Positions 10,069 through 20,306 of a DNA stretch of 50,475 bases are shown one piece after another. Under the pieces are notes generated by a model that did no database searches, was not told the DNA's origin, and saw only the letters and a program-made list of their open reading frames with translations. Every line of letters begins with the position of its first letter. Positions within the stretch are counted from its first letter, which is position 1. The stretch comes from Escherichia phage vB-Eco-KMB25. The stretch lies in sequence record OR424386.1. One strand, given 5' to 3'. The position numbers and the translations under genes are program-made.

Positions 10069-10389
10069 ATGACAATGGCTAAAATGAAATTGACTCTTGC
10101 CCCGCTTCCAGATTTCAAACTTCCAGTTAAATTTGTATTGCCGGATGGTAACGAGCAGAAAATTGTGTTTACAGTTAAGCATAAAAAGGCCAGCGAGATT
10201 CAAGAGCTTTACCAGAAAGAAGGTATTAAAGATCCTGAATTCATCATGAATGTTGCCGTTGGTTGGGATCTGGAAGAAGAATTCAACGAAGAAAACGCTC
10301 AACTGTTAGTTGATTATTATCCTGGCGCGGCGCTGGCTCTTATGGGATCTTATTTAAGTGCGCTGGCAGGGCAACGCGTAAAAAACTAA
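10069..10389 (+). CDS. tail assembly chaperone (G-like)
   Basis: 106 aa between major tail and tape measure genes; ends with slippery A AAA AAC before the stop. Confidence 0.55.
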   Translation: MTMAKMKLTLAPLPDFKLPVKFVLPDGNEQKIVFTVKHKKASEIQELYQKEGIKDPEFIMNVAVGWDLEEEFNEENAQLLVDYYPGAALALMGSYLSALAGQRVKN

Positions 10390-10706
10390 AACGGGCGGTT
10401 TATCTGTATTATCAGAAACCGCCGACAGATGCAGAATTGCAAGCCGTAGGATTAACACGCGCAGACTATGAAGGAGAAGATCCGCCAGAGGTCATATTTG
10501 ATGAAAGTATGATGCAATCATGGGATATATTTTGCGCGATGGGCACACAGTGGCGTAGTGCTGGCGCTGGTGCTTACGGTTTTGATTATAATGTTTTGCC
10601 TATGTTATTCAGAATCTATAAAATAGACGATGAAGAAATGGCCTTAAATGACTTGCGCATCATGGAACAAAAAGCACTGGAAATGATGCAAGCAAATAAC
10701 AAATAA
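10069..10706 (+). CDS. tail assembly chaperone G-T fusion via programmed -1 frameshift (putative)
   Basis: The -1 frame is open from 10314 to 10706 and overlaps the 3' end of the G-like gene; heptamer AAAAAAC at 10380-10386. Confidence 0.4.
10380..10386 (+). other. candidate -1 ribosomal slippery heptamer A AAA AAC
   Basis: X XXY YYZ pattern in the G-like frame, two codons before its stop, within the frame overlap. Confidence 0.4.
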
Positions 10707-10729
10707 AGCGCCTACGGGCGCTTTTTTTA
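10707..10729 (+). terminator. rho-independent terminator before the tape measure gene
   Basis: GCGCC-TACG-GGCGC followed by TTTTTTT. Confidence 0.55.
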
Positions 10730-10743
10730 TGAGGGTAAAATAT

Positions 10744-13656
10744 ATGGCTGAACAATTTGCAGGTTTAACACTTGGCGTTAACGTCGAGCAGTTAAACAGG
10801 GCTGTAAAGTCATTGCAGGACTTTAAAAAAGCAAACGACGAAGCAAAGAAAGGCGTTGAGAGCTTTGTTAATGAGGAAGAAATTGCAAAGCAAAGAGCAA
10901 AACAATTAGCTGATGAATTGGCGAAACAGAGCCGTGAATTTAAACGCATTCAGGACACTGTTGATCCGACGGCGGCTAAAATGCGCAAGCTATCTCAGGC
11001 CGCAAGTGATCTTGATAAGCTATGGCAAAAGGGCATTGTTCCCGATGAAACGTTTTTCCAGTTGGGGAGTATGCTGGAAACTCAGATCAGCAAGCTGGAG
11101 CGTAATAAAAAGGCGTTAACGGAAGAAGGCCGCGCAGCACTTGAGGAATCAAAAGCCAAAGAGAAAGCAGCGTTAGCAGGAAAAACTTTCCTTGCGGATC
11201 TGGAATCGCAAGCCGCCGCTCTTGGCAAAACAAAAGCCGAATTGCTTGAAATGAAAGCGGCACAACTTGGCGTAAGTGCTCAGGCCGCGCCATTTATTGC
11301 ACAGCTTAAAGCGCAAGAAAAACAGATGAAGTTAACCGGAATTAGCGCGGGGCAATATAACCAGGCCATGCGAATGCTTCCGGCTCAGATCACTGACGTT
11401 GTAACGTCGCTGGCTTCCGGTATGCCTGTTTGGTTGGTTGCAATCCAGCAGGGTGGACAGATTAAGGATTCTTTCGGCGGCGTTGGCAATACGTTTAAAG
11501 CGCTGTTGTCGTTTCTGAATCCGGTAAACGTTGGGCTTGCCGCCTTAGCCGTTTCAATTGGTGCTCTTGTTAAGGCTGGTTATGATGCGTATAAGTCGCA
11601 ACGTGACTTGCAAGAGGCGTTGGTGCTGACTGGTGGCTATGCTGGAACAAGCGGCGCACAGTTCGATAAGCTGGCGCAGGACATTAATAACAGCACTGAT
11701 GCGACGATAGGAAACATCCGATCCATCGCAACAGAGCTTGCAAAATCAGGCAAATTCACGATTGATCAGATTAAATCGATCACAAAGACTACCGCTCAGT
11801 GGTCAACGGTAACGGGTGAATCAAGCGACAAGATAACCGATTACTTTAATAAGATTGCTGGCGATCCGGTTAAAGGTCTTGCAGAGCTAAACGAGCAATT
11901 CAACTTTTTAAGCGAGGGGCAATTAACCTACATTGCAGACCTGGAGAAAACGAAAGGCAAAACGGAAGCAGTAACGGCGGCGACAAAATTATTTGCTGAT
12001 GTTATGGATCAGAGATTAGCTAAACTGGCAGACTCCGCAACGCCATTAGAAAAGATGTGGACGAACATTAAAAAATGGGCTTCAGATGCGTGGGGTTGGG
12101 TTGGGGATCACACGCTGGCGGCGCTTAACCTGATTATTGACGTTGTAGCCGGAACCGTTGAGCAAGTTCGTTATTTACTTAATCAGGGTGATATTCTCAT
12201 TGGTGAATTTATTGTGTCGGCAACAAAAGCGATGCAAAAAATACCAGGACTTGATAATGTTGGCGATTCTGTTATTTCGCAGCAGCAGAAGATTATCAAT
12301 AACGCTAAGGAGAACAACAAGGAGCTATTAAAATCAATTGCCGAACGTAACGAGCGAGTCAAAAAAGGCGAGCAGGGTTACATTGACATGATGAAAAATC
12401 GTGCGGCGGTTGAACAGCAATATGCGACAAAAACAAAAGAGAATATCAGGAAGGAAGCCGAGGAATTAGCCAAGCGCGATAAAAAGCAAAAGGCTGAAAA
12501 AGTTAAGGTATCGGCTGGCGATAAGCTGGAAGAACAATATCAGCGTGATATCCTGGCGTTAGAAACTCAATTAAGAGTTTTGAAAGGGCACAAGACGATC
12601 ACAGATACCATAAGCCAGCAACGTAAATCTTTATGGGCTGAACAAGCTAAAATTCAGATTTTGCAAGAAGCCTCAACAAAACGGCAACTTACTGATGAAG
12701 AAAAAAGCATTTTAGCCAACAAAGATAAGATCCTGGCGATGGCTGAACAAAAAGCTATTTTAGGCGATCAGATTGTTGCGCAAACGCGCCTTAATCAGTT
12801 GCAAGATAGCTCAATCAAGTTTATCCAGCAGCAGAAAGCAGCAACAGAAGCACTAGCAAAAACCAGAGGGTTAAGCGAGCGTGAAGCAGCAAGAGCGGCG
12901 GAACGTGCAAAGGTTGAATCTGATTATCTTGCTAAGGGAGGACAGAAAGAAGATCCGCAACTTAAAGCCATGATGGATTCATTAGACAACCGCTATAAAG
13001 AGGAAGATGCCAAACGTGCTGATTGGTTGGCTGGCGCTAAAAATGCCTTTGCTGAGTATGGCGAGGAAGCAATGAACATGTATGATAATATCGGCAACAT
13101 TGCGAGCCAGGCGCTAAACGGCCTATCGCAACAAATGGCTGATTTTTTAACTACTGGACAAGCAAACTTCAAAGACTTTGCAAAATCTATCATTAGCATG
13201 ATTGTTCAGATGATAACAAAGATGGCTCTTTTTAATGCCATATCAGGCATGTTTGGTTCATTTGGTTTTGGTGGAGCAACTGGAGGATTTCAGGGTGCTA
13301 GTTTTGCTGTTGGCGGTTATACTGGCGACGGTGGAAAATATGATCCGGCTGGCGTTGTTCATAAAGGTGAGTTTGTTTTCACCAAAGAGGCAACGCAAAG
13401 GATCGGAGCCAGAAACCTGTATCGCATGATGCGAGGTTATGCAAACGGAGGTCAAGTAGGAAGCGTGACAACTGGCGGCTCTGGAATCAATCGCGGTGCA
13501 TCGCAATTTGCATTTGGTGATATAAACGTTAACATTGACAACGGTCAAGATCCAAAAGGGATGGAAACTGGTATTAAGATGATTTTCACTGAAATGATTC
13601 AACGGTCATGCTCGCAAGGTGGCGAGGTTTATAATTTTGTTCATGGGAGGGCTTAA
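10744..13656 (+). CDS. tail tape measure protein
   Basis: 970 aa, the longest gene in the tail block; coiled-coil-rich centre and Gly-rich C-terminus; follows the chaperone pair. Confidence 0.85.
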   Translation: MAEQFAGLTLGVNVEQLNRAVKSLQDFKKANDEAKKGVESFVNEEEIAKQRAKQLADELAKQSREFKRIQDTVDPTAAKMRKLSQAASDLDKLWQKGIVPDETFFQLGSMLETQISKLERNKKALTEEGRAALEESKAKEKAALAGKTFLADLESQAAALGKTKAELLEMKAAQLGVSAQAAPFIAQLKAQEKQMKLTGISAGQYNQAMRMLPAQITDVVTSLASGMPVWLVAIQQGGQIKDSFGGVGNTFKALLSFLNPVNVGLAALAVSIGALVKAGYDAYKSQRDLQEALVLTGGYAGTSGAQFDKLAQDINNSTDATIGNIRSIATELAKSGKFTIDQIKSITKTTAQWSTVTGESSDKITDYFNKIAGDPVKGLAELNEQFNFLSEGQLTYIADLEKTKGKTEAVTAATKLFADVMDQRLAKLADSATPLEKMWTNIKKWASDAWGWVGDHTLAALNLIIDVVAGTVEQVRYLLNQGDILIGEFIVSATKAMQKIPGLDNVGDSVISQQQKIINNAKENNKELLKSIAERNERVKKGEQGYIDMMKNRAAVEQQYATKTKENIRKEAEELAKRDKKQKAEKVKVSAGDKLEEQYQRDILALETQLRVLKGHKTITDTISQQRKSLWAEQAKIQILQEASTKRQLTDEEKSILANKDKILAMAEQKAILGDQIVAQTRLNQLQDSSIKFIQQQKAATEALAKTRGLSEREAARAAERAKVESDYLAKGGQKEDPQLKAMMDSLDNRYKEEDAKRADWLAGAKNAFAEYGEEAMNMYDNIGNIASQALNGLSQQMADFLTTGQANFKDFAKSIISMIVQMITKMALFNAISGMFGSFGFGGATGGFQGASFAVGGYTGDGGKYDPAGVVHKGEFVFTKEATQRIGARNLYRMMRGYANGGQVGSVTTGGSGINRGASQFAFGDINVNIDNGQDPKGMETGIKMIFTEMIQRSCSQGGEVYNFVHGRA

Positions 13657-14003
13657 TGTTAGATGAATTTACCTGGTGTACGCAGATTCAGAGCGGCGGC
13701 GGTGTAATGACAACTACCAATAACGACAGGGAAGTTGTTTTTGGTAACGGTTATCGCCAAAAGGCATCTTCTGGATTTAACACGGAGCGTAGGGAGTTTT
13801 CTATTGTTTACGCTGGCGCTGATTATAAAAAAGTGAAAGCGTTCATGACGGATCACAGATTAAAGCCTTTCTTGTGGAGGATGCCGGATGGTGATTTAGG
13901 GTTGTTTACTGTTAAAGCCGGAACGGTAGGACTAACTCCAATAAGCCCAACCGCTCAGGAAGTCAAAGCAACTTTCACGGAAGAATTTACATCCATGCGA
14001 TAA
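13656..14003 (+). CDS. minor tail protein (lambda M-like)
   Basis: 115 aa directly after the tape measure gene; first of a lambda-like M-L-K-I-J order. Confidence 0.6.
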   Translation: MLDEFTWCTQIQSGGGVMTTTNNDREVVFGNGYRQKASSGFNTERREFSIVYAGADYKKVKAFMTDHRLKPFLWRMPDGDLGLFTVKAGTVGLTPISPTAQEVKATFTEEFTSMR

Positions 14004-14007
14004 ATCA

Positions 14008-14033
14008 AAGCCGCCATTGTGCGGCTTTTTTAT
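14008..14033 (+). terminator. rho-independent terminator
   Basis: AAGCCGC-CATTGT-GCGGCTT followed by TTTTT. Confidence 0.55.
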
Positions 14034-14070
14034 TGTGTCTATAATGGTGCTTTATTGGAGGGCATAGAAT

Positions 14071-14829
14071 ATGGCTGAAAAACAGATCAAAAAGACTTTT
14101 GAAAATTGTCTGCAATCGCTTTTCCCTGGTGAAATAATTACGCTTGTTGAGGTTGACGGCACAAAATTTGGTGCGCAGGTTTACCGCTTTCATGCTGAAA
14201 ATATCGCGTACACGCCAGAGGAATTAATGCAAGCGCGTGAAAATGGAATATTGCCGCCGAAAGATATTAAATTTCGTGGCGAGGTTTACGGGGCGCGGCC
14301 TTTTGGTATTACTGGCATCGGATTTACAAGTAACGGAAAGGCAGAGAAACCACAATTGGCGCTTTCAAATTTAGATAGCCGCGTATCTGCATTAATCAGA
14401 TCATATAATGGCATGATGCAAGCCAAAGTAACAATTTGGGTTACATCGGCTGATTTAATTGATGAAGAAGGAAACGTGGAGGACGGCGCATATAGAAAAT
14501 TGGTTTATTATATTGAGCGTCCGAATTTTGTTAATCAGACAGTTGCACGTTTTGAATTAACATCACCTTATGATATGGATGGAATTATGATCCCGCCACG
14601 ACTTACGCAAAGCGTTTGTTATTGGGCGCAAAGGGGATGGTATAGAAGCGGGAAAGGTTGCGGATATAACGGATCGGCAATGTTCGATAAAGACAATAAT
14701 CCGGTAACAGATCCGAGCAAGGATTATTGCGCCGGAACGGTTACAGCTTGCAAATTGCGCTTTGGCGCTCAAAATGAATTAGACTTTGGCGGTTGCGCGG
14801 TTGCATCACTATTGAGGAAAAACCAATGA
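14071..14829 (+). CDS. minor tail protein (lambda L-like)
   Basis: 252 aa with C-terminal cysteine cluster (CYWAQ..GKGCGY..DYCAGTVTAC), as in Fe-S-containing gpL. Confidence 0.65.
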   Translation: MAEKQIKKTFENCLQSLFPGEIITLVEVDGTKFGAQVYRFHAENIAYTPEELMQARENGILPPKDIKFRGEVYGARPFGITGIGFTSNGKAEKPQLALSNLDSRVSALIRSYNGMMQAKVTIWVTSADLIDEEGNVEDGAYRKLVYYIERPNFVNQTVARFELTSPYDMDGIMIPPRLTQSVCYWAQRGWYRSGKGCGYNGSAMFDKDNNPVTDPSKDYCAGTVTACKLRFGAQNELDFGGCAVASLLRKNQ

Positions 14830-15548
14830 TTAACGCAAAAATTAAACTTGAAATTATGCGCCATGCCAATGACGTTTATCCTAATGAATGTTGTGGCCTG
14901 GTAACTCAAAAATCACGCGTACAGAAGTATCACCGGATCGACAACGTAAGCAAGGATCCGGAAAAGCATTTTGAAATGGACGCTGAACAATATGCAGAAG
15001 TTGAGGACGGCGGCGCAGATATCATCGCGATAGTTCATAGCCATACAGGGGAGGGAGCAACCACAATCCCTAGCGCACACGATTTGTGCATGTGTGATGA
15101 AACTGGTGTTTCTTGGGTTATAGTTTCGATACCAGAAGGAGACATGAGAATCATAGAGCCACAATCACGGCCTTTGATTGGTCGCCCCTGGTCGCTTGGC
15201 GCTTATGATTGTTGGGGGCTTATTATGGCCTGGCATAAAGAGCAAGGCGTGATCCTGAATGATTTCCGCAAGCCGTATGAATGGTGGAAGCCGGAACATG
15301 GTGAAAACCTTTATCAAGATAATTACTTGAAAGAAGGTTTTATGGAAACAGGAGAGCCACCAAAGCCAGGTGATATGATCATAATGCAGTTGCAAGCGCC
15401 AGTATGGAACCACTCCGGAATTTATTTAGGCAACAATCAACTATTGCATCATGCATTCGGCAAGTTGTCGCGAGTTGATTTATATTCTGGATGGTATCAG
15501 GAACACACAACAATGATTTGCAGACATAAGGATCTGAAAAATGAATAA
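14826..15548 (+). CDS. tail tip protein (lambda K-like; MPN/JAB plus NlpC/P60-like)
   Basis: N-terminal JAMM-like motif HSHTGEGATTIPSAHD; C-terminal Cys/His papain-like region (YDCWG ... H); ATGA overlap with L-like gene. Confidence 0.7.
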   Translation: MINAKIKLEIMRHANDVYPNECCGLVTQKSRVQKYHRIDNVSKDPEKHFEMDAEQYAEVEDGGADIIAIVHSHTGEGATTIPSAHDLCMCDETGVSWVIVSIPEGDMRIIEPQSRPLIGRPWSLGAYDCWGLIMAWHKEQGVILNDFRKPYEWWKPEHGENLYQDNYLKEGFMETGEPPKPGDMIIMQLQAPVWNHSGIYLGNNQLLHHAFGKLSRVDLYSGWYQEHTTMICRHKDLKNE

Positions 15549-16140
15549 GGTTATCAACGTAAAATTATCAGGCTCATTAGGTCGCCGCTTTGGTGTTTTC
15601 CATAAATACGCCGTTGAGAGTTGGCCTGAATGCGTAAGGGCATTATCAAGCCAGGTTGAAGGATTCAAAGAATTTATGCAAAGTGAAATCGGATCAAAGA
15701 TGAAATTTGCAATTTTCGTTGATGGTAAAAATGTTGGCCTGAATAATGATAGCGCATGGCGTTGCGCTCGCGAGGTTAGAATTGTTCCCGTTCCAACCGG
15801 TTCAAAATCTGGAGGTTTATTTCAGGTTGTATTAGGCGCTGTAATTATGGTTGCTGCATTCTATACTGGCGGCGCTTCACTTGCTGCAATGGGGGCTTTT
15901 TCTTCATCGGCTTTTATGATGGGCGGTGCTATGGTTCTTGGCGGAGTAATGCAGATGATTAGCCCACAACAGGGAGGCATGAAAATGGAGAGTCAAAGCG
16001 CTGAAAATAAACCATCATATGCGTTTGGTGGTGCTGTTAATACTACGGCGGCAGGTTATCCGGTATGTTTGCCATATGGTTATAGAACGGTTGGTGGCGC
16101 TGTATTCAGTGCTGGCTCATACGCAGAAGATAAACTTTAA
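15541..16140 (+). CDS. tail assembly protein (lambda I-like)
   Basis: 199 aa with Gly/Ala-rich hydrophobic C-terminal half; position between K-like and J-like genes. Confidence 0.65.
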   Translation: MNKVINVKLSGSLGRRFGVFHKYAVESWPECVRALSSQVEGFKEFMQSEIGSKMKFAIFVDGKNVGLNNDSAWRCAREVRIVPVPTGSKSGGLFQVVLGAVIMVAAFYTGGASLAAMGAFSSSAFMMGGAMVLGGVMQMISPQQGGMKMESQSAENKPSYAFGGAVNTTAAGYPVCLPYGYRTVGGAVFSAGSYAEDKL

Positions 16141-16147
16141 TTATATA

Positions 16148-16173
16148 AACCCGCCGTTGCGCGGGTTTTTTGT
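16148..16173 (+). terminator. rho-independent terminator between I-like and J-like genes
   Basis: AACCCGC-CGTTG-CGCGGGTT followed by TTTTTG. Confidence 0.6.
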
Positions 16174-16221
16174 TACATGTACAATGGCAGCACGTTTAAA
16201 TAGCACAAAAGGTTAAAAGCT

Positions 16222-19200
16222 ATGATCAAAAATATGATAACTGGCAGTAAGGGCGGTTCTTCAAAGCCTCATACACCTGTTGAAATGGAAGATAACCTAA
16301 TTTCAATTAACAGGATCAGAATTCTTTTAGCCGTTTCTGATGGTGAAGTTGATCCAGACTTTTCATTGAAAGATTTATATTTTGATGACGTTCCGGTTAT
16401 GAATCAGGATGGTTCACTAAACTTTCAGAATGTTAAGGCAGAATTCAGACCAGGGACGCAAACGCAGGATTATATTCAGGGGTTTACTGATACAGCCAGC
16501 GAAATTACAGTTGCTCGCGATCTGACAGCCTCAACGCCTTATATTATTTCTGTTACCAATAAAAACCTTTCTGCGATCCGTATTAAAATTTTAATGCCTC
16601 GCGGGGTTACTCAGGAAGATAACGGAGATCTAACAGGTGTTCGCGTTGAATATGCTGTTGATATGGCTGTTGATGGTGCTGAATATAAAGAGGTTTTTTA
16701 TGATGTAATTGAAGGTAAAACAATGAGCGGTTACGACAGAAGCCGCCGAATTGATTTACCTGCTTTCAATGAGCGTGTTTTATTGCGCGTCCGCCGCCTG
16801 ACAGATAGCACGTCAGCAAGGGTAACGGATCTGATTAAAATGCAAAGCTATGCGGAAGTTGTAGACGCTAAATTTCGTTACCCCCTGACTGGTTTAGTAT
16901 ATGTTGAGTTTGACAGCGAATTATTCCCTAATGCGTTGCCGAATATCAGCATTAAGAAAAAATGGAAAATCATTAATGTTCCGTCAAATTATGATCCTAT
17001 TTCCCGCACTTACTCAGGGTCATGGGATGGAACCTGGAAAAAGGCATGGAGTAATAACCCTGCTTTTGTTCTGTATGATTTGATTACCAATCAGCGTTAC
17101 GGACTCGATCAAAGAGAATTAGGCATCGCGCTTGATAAATGGAGCATTTACGAATGTGCGCAGTATTGCGATCAGATGGTTCCAGACGGTAAAGGCGGAA
17201 CAGAGCCGCGCTATCTTTGCGACGTTGTGATCCAGAGCCAGGTAGAAGCGTATCAGCTTGTGCGTGATATTTGTTCAATCTTCCGTGGCATGAGCTTTTG
17301 GAATGGTGAGAGCCTTTCAATCGTGATCGATAAGCCTCGCGATGCGTCATACATCTTTACTAATGACAACGTGGTTAACGGTGAATTCACTTACACGTTT
17401 GCCAGCGAAAAAAGCATGTACACGCAATGCAACGTGACTTTCGACGATGAACAAAACATGTATCAACAGGATGTTGAGGGAGTTTTCGAAACGGAGGCGG
17501 CGTTACGCTTTGGCTATAACAGCACGTCAATTACTGCGATTGGATGCACACGACGCAGCGAAGCCAACCGCCGTGGACGCTGGATTTTAAAAACCAACGT
17601 CAAGAGCACAACGGTAAACTTTGCTACAGGTCTGGAAGGTATGATCCCAACCGTAGGCGATGTGATTGTTGTATCGGATAACTTTTGGTCAAGCGCTCTA
17701 ACGCTGAATCTATCAGGTCGCGTGATGGAGGTTAGCGGGTTGCAGGTGTTCACGCCGTTTAAGGTTGACGCAAGAGCAGGTGATCGCATTCTGGTAAATA
17801 AGCCGGATGGTAAACCAGTTGGTAGAACCATTGCTAGTGTGAGTGATGACGGTAAAACGCTAACGCTAAACACGACATTTGGTTTTGACGTTCATCCGGA
17901 TACCATTTTTGCAATTGAGCGAACCGATATTGCACAGCAACGATATATTGTAACTGGAATCACTAAGGGTGACGGTGATGAAGAATTTACCTACAACATA
18001 ACGGCTGTTGAATACGATCCGAACAAATACGATGAAATTGATTATGGCGTAAACATTGATGACCGTCCGACTTCAATCGTGCAGCCTGACATTTTGCCAG
18101 CACCGCAAAACGTCAAGATCGAATCTTATTCGCGAGTTATTCAGGGCGCGAGCGTGGAAACAATGCACGTTTCATGGGATAAAGTTGAATACGCAAGTCT
18201 GTATGAAATGCAGTGGCGAAAAGACAATGGCAACTGGAACAATACGCCGCGAACCGCGAACAAGGAAACGGAAGTTGAAGGTATTTATGCGGGTAACTAT
18301 CACGTAAGGGTTAGATCTGTTGCGGCTAATGGTTCAGCGTCTGGATGGTCTGCAATAGTAAGCGCAGGATTAACCGGAAAAGTGGGAGAGCCGGAAAAGC
18401 CAATTAACCTTACAGCGTCAGATAATGAGGTTTTCGGCATTCGCGTAAAATGGGGTATGCCGGAGGGAAGCGGAGACACGGCCTATATAGAGTTGCATCA
18501 AGCGCCAAACGGTGCTGATGGTCATCCTATCGTTGATGAAGCAACGCTCTTAACGCTGATACCGTTCCCGCAATATGAGTATTGGCATTCAATACTGCCA
18601 GCGGGTCATGTTGTCTGGTACAAGGCAAGAGCAGTTGACAAAATCGGTAACGTTTCTGATTGGACTGATTTTGTGCGCGGCATGGCTTCCGACGATACAA
18701 GCATTATCACGGATCATATTAAGGTCGATATTGAAAATTCTGATGGCTATAAGTGGTTGCAGGAAAACGCAATAAAGACCAATGATAAGATCCACAGCAC
18801 AGCGGAATCAGTGATTGAAAACGCATTAGCTAATGATAAAGATGTTCGACGTATGCGAGTTGAAAACGGAAAGCGTAAAGCGGAGTTCTTGCAATCGCTG
18901 AAACTCATTGCAGACGAAACAGAAGCTAGGGTAACACAGGTCACTCAAATGAGTGCGCAATTTGACGAGAAATTAACGGCTCAAAATAGCGAATTGAGAG
19001 AGGTAATTGCTAACAGCACTGAAACCATTAGCCAAAGGATTGATCAGCTTACAGCTACGTTTGATAGCGAAATTGATGGGGTTAAGCAGGATATCAAAGC
19101 GCAGATAACTGATGTTAACCAGGCAATCACCAATGAAGCGGAAGCGCGAGCGTCAGCAGATAGGGCGTTATCAACTCAAATTGGAGATACCCAATCAGCA

Positions 19201-19680
19201 GTGAATCAGAAACTTGATTCTTGGGTTAATGCCGATAGCGTTGGTGCGATGTACGGCGTTAAGTTGGGGATCAGGTATAACGGGCAGGAATATAGCGCGG
19301 GTATGGCTCTTTCCCTTGTTGGTGACGGATCAGGAGTTAAATCACAATTCCTGTTTGATGCTGGACGATTTGCGATCATAAACAACCAACAGAGCGGAAC
19401 GTTTTCTCTTCCTTTTGTTGTTGAAAATAATCAAGTATTCATGAATAGTGCGTTTATTAAAGATGGTACTATTACGAATGCAAAGATAGGGGGTTATATT
19501 TCATCAAATAACTATGTTTGGAATCAATCAGGATGGTATCTTGGCAAGGATGGACAGTTCTATAACTTTGGTTCTACTCCTGGCGAGGGTGCGATGAAAC
19601 AATCCAATGAAACAATCAGCGTAAGGGATCAGAATGGTGTTCTTCGCGTTCAAATAGGAAGAATAACCGGAGTGTTTTAA
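16222..19680 (+). CDS. central tail fibre / host specificity protein (lambda J-like)
   Basis: 1152 aa; N-terminal GSKGGSSKPHTP and central VPSNY..YSG.WDGT..NNPAF..QYCDQ.VPDG.GGTEPR blocks resemble lambda gpJ as recalled from memory. Confidence 0.85.
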   Translation: MIKNMITGSKGGSSKPHTPVEMEDNLISINRIRILLAVSDGEVDPDFSLKDLYFDDVPVMNQDGSLNFQNVKAEFRPGTQTQDYIQGFTDTASEITVARDLTASTPYIISVTNKNLSAIRIKILMPRGVTQEDNGDLTGVRVEYAVDMAVDGAEYKEVFYDVIEGKTMSGYDRSRRIDLPAFNERVLLRVRRLTDSTSARVTDLIKMQSYAEVVDAKFRYPLTGLVYVEFDSELFPNALPNISIKKKWKIINVPSNYDPISRTYSGSWDGTWKKAWSNNPAFVLYDLITNQRYGLDQRELGIALDKWSIYECAQYCDQMVPDGKGGTEPRYLCDVVIQSQVEAYQLVRDICSIFRGMSFWNGESLSIVIDKPRDASYIFTNDNVVNGEFTYTFASEKSMYTQCNVTFDDEQNMYQQDVEGVFETEAALRFGYNSTSITAIGCTRRSEANRRGRWILKTNVKSTTVNFATGLEGMIPTVGDVIVVSDNFWSSALTLNLSGRVMEVSGLQVFTPFKVDARAGDRILVNKPDGKPVGRTIASVSDDGKTLTLNTTFGFDVHPDTIFAIERTDIAQQRYIVTGITKGDGDEEFTYNITAVEYDPNKYDEIDYGVNIDDRPTSIVQPDILPAPQNVKIESYSRVIQGASVETMHVSWDKVEYASLYEMQWRKDNGNWNNTPRTANKETEVEGIYAGNYHVRVRSVAANGSASGWSAIVSAGLTGKVGEPEKPINLTASDNEVFGIRVKWGMPEGSGDTAYIELHQAPNGADGHPIVDEATLLTLIPFPQYEYWHSILPAGHVVWYKARAVDKIGNVSDWTDFVRGMASDDTSIITDHIKVDIENSDGYKWLQENAIKTNDKIHSTAESVIENALANDKDVRRMRVENGKRKAEFLQSLKLIADETEARVTQVTQMSAQFDEKLTAQNSELREVIANSTETISQRIDQLTATFDSEIDGVKQDIKAQITDVNQAITNEAEARASADRALSTQIGDTQSAVNQKLDSWVNADSVGAMYGVKLGIRYNGQEYSAGMALSLVGDGSGVKSQFLFDAGRFAIINNQQSGTFSLPFVVENNQVFMNSAFIKDGTITNAKIGGYISSNNYVWNQSGWYLGKDGQFYNFGSTPGEGAMKQSNETISVRDQNGVLRVQIGRITGVF

Positions 19681-19720
19681 AATGTGGGGCGCATGCCCCA
19701 CTAATTAAAGAGGTGATTTT

Positions 19721-20029
19721 ATGAGTTACGATATTGCAACATGGGACGCAAACGGCGTTTACAATAACTATGGAATTAAGCCAGTTTCAGTAATATCAAA
19801 TATACAACTTTCATCAGGTCAAACATCTGGGCAATGGTTTTTTAATGTTCCACAAGGTAAAAAATTAGGCTATGTTGTTGGTCTTGATATTGGAGGTACT
19901 CAGGTTGGAAGGAAGATTGAAGTTTCTGGAAATTCTATAATTGTTAGCGCAGCATTATCTGGAAACGTAGGTTATAATTATTACCCTGCATCGCAATGTG
20001 AAGTTATCGTGTATTTGGAGAATGCATAA
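19721..20029 (+). CDS. small tail-associated protein (hypothetical)
   Basis: 102 aa with strong RBS AAAGAGGTG; contains WDANG motif shared with the ORF at the window end. Confidence 0.3.
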   Translation: MSYDIATWDANGVYNNYGIKPVSVISNIQLSSGQTSGQWFFNVPQGKKLGYVVGLDIGGTQVGRKIEVSGNSIIVSAALSGNVGYNYYPASQCEVIVYLENA

Positions 20030-20279
20030 TGTCTTATGGAGCAATGATTGATTACAAAAGTCAAACTTTCATAACGCCGGAATCAACTCCTTTTGTTAGG
20101 TTTACATTCCTGGTCAACAGCCTGTTATTGTTAACGTTTCTGCATATACTGCGGCAAGTTTTAACGGGTCAACAACGAGAATAAATGCCGCATCCAATCA
20201 GGCGGCTGGCGGTTCTCCTGTCGGTTATCTGAATACAGGCGTTGCGGTGACGGCAATTAATACAGCATCTTATGACTAA
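20029..20279 (+). pseudogene. frameshifted paralogue of the 3' part of the gene at 50018-50475
   Basis: ORF from ATG 20029 stops at 20184; the -1 frame (20100-20279) encodes VYIPGQQPVIVNVSAYTA... and is identical over at least 54 nt to 50422-50475; an in-frame TAG sits immediately before the homologous segment. Confidence 0.35.
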
Positions 20280-20306
20280 AAAAAGGAGGCTAAAGCCTCC
20301 TTTTTA
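20278..20306. terminator. bidirectional rho-independent terminator
   Basis: GGAGGC-TAAA-GCCTCC hairpin flanked by an A-run and a T-run between convergent genes. Confidence 0.6.
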
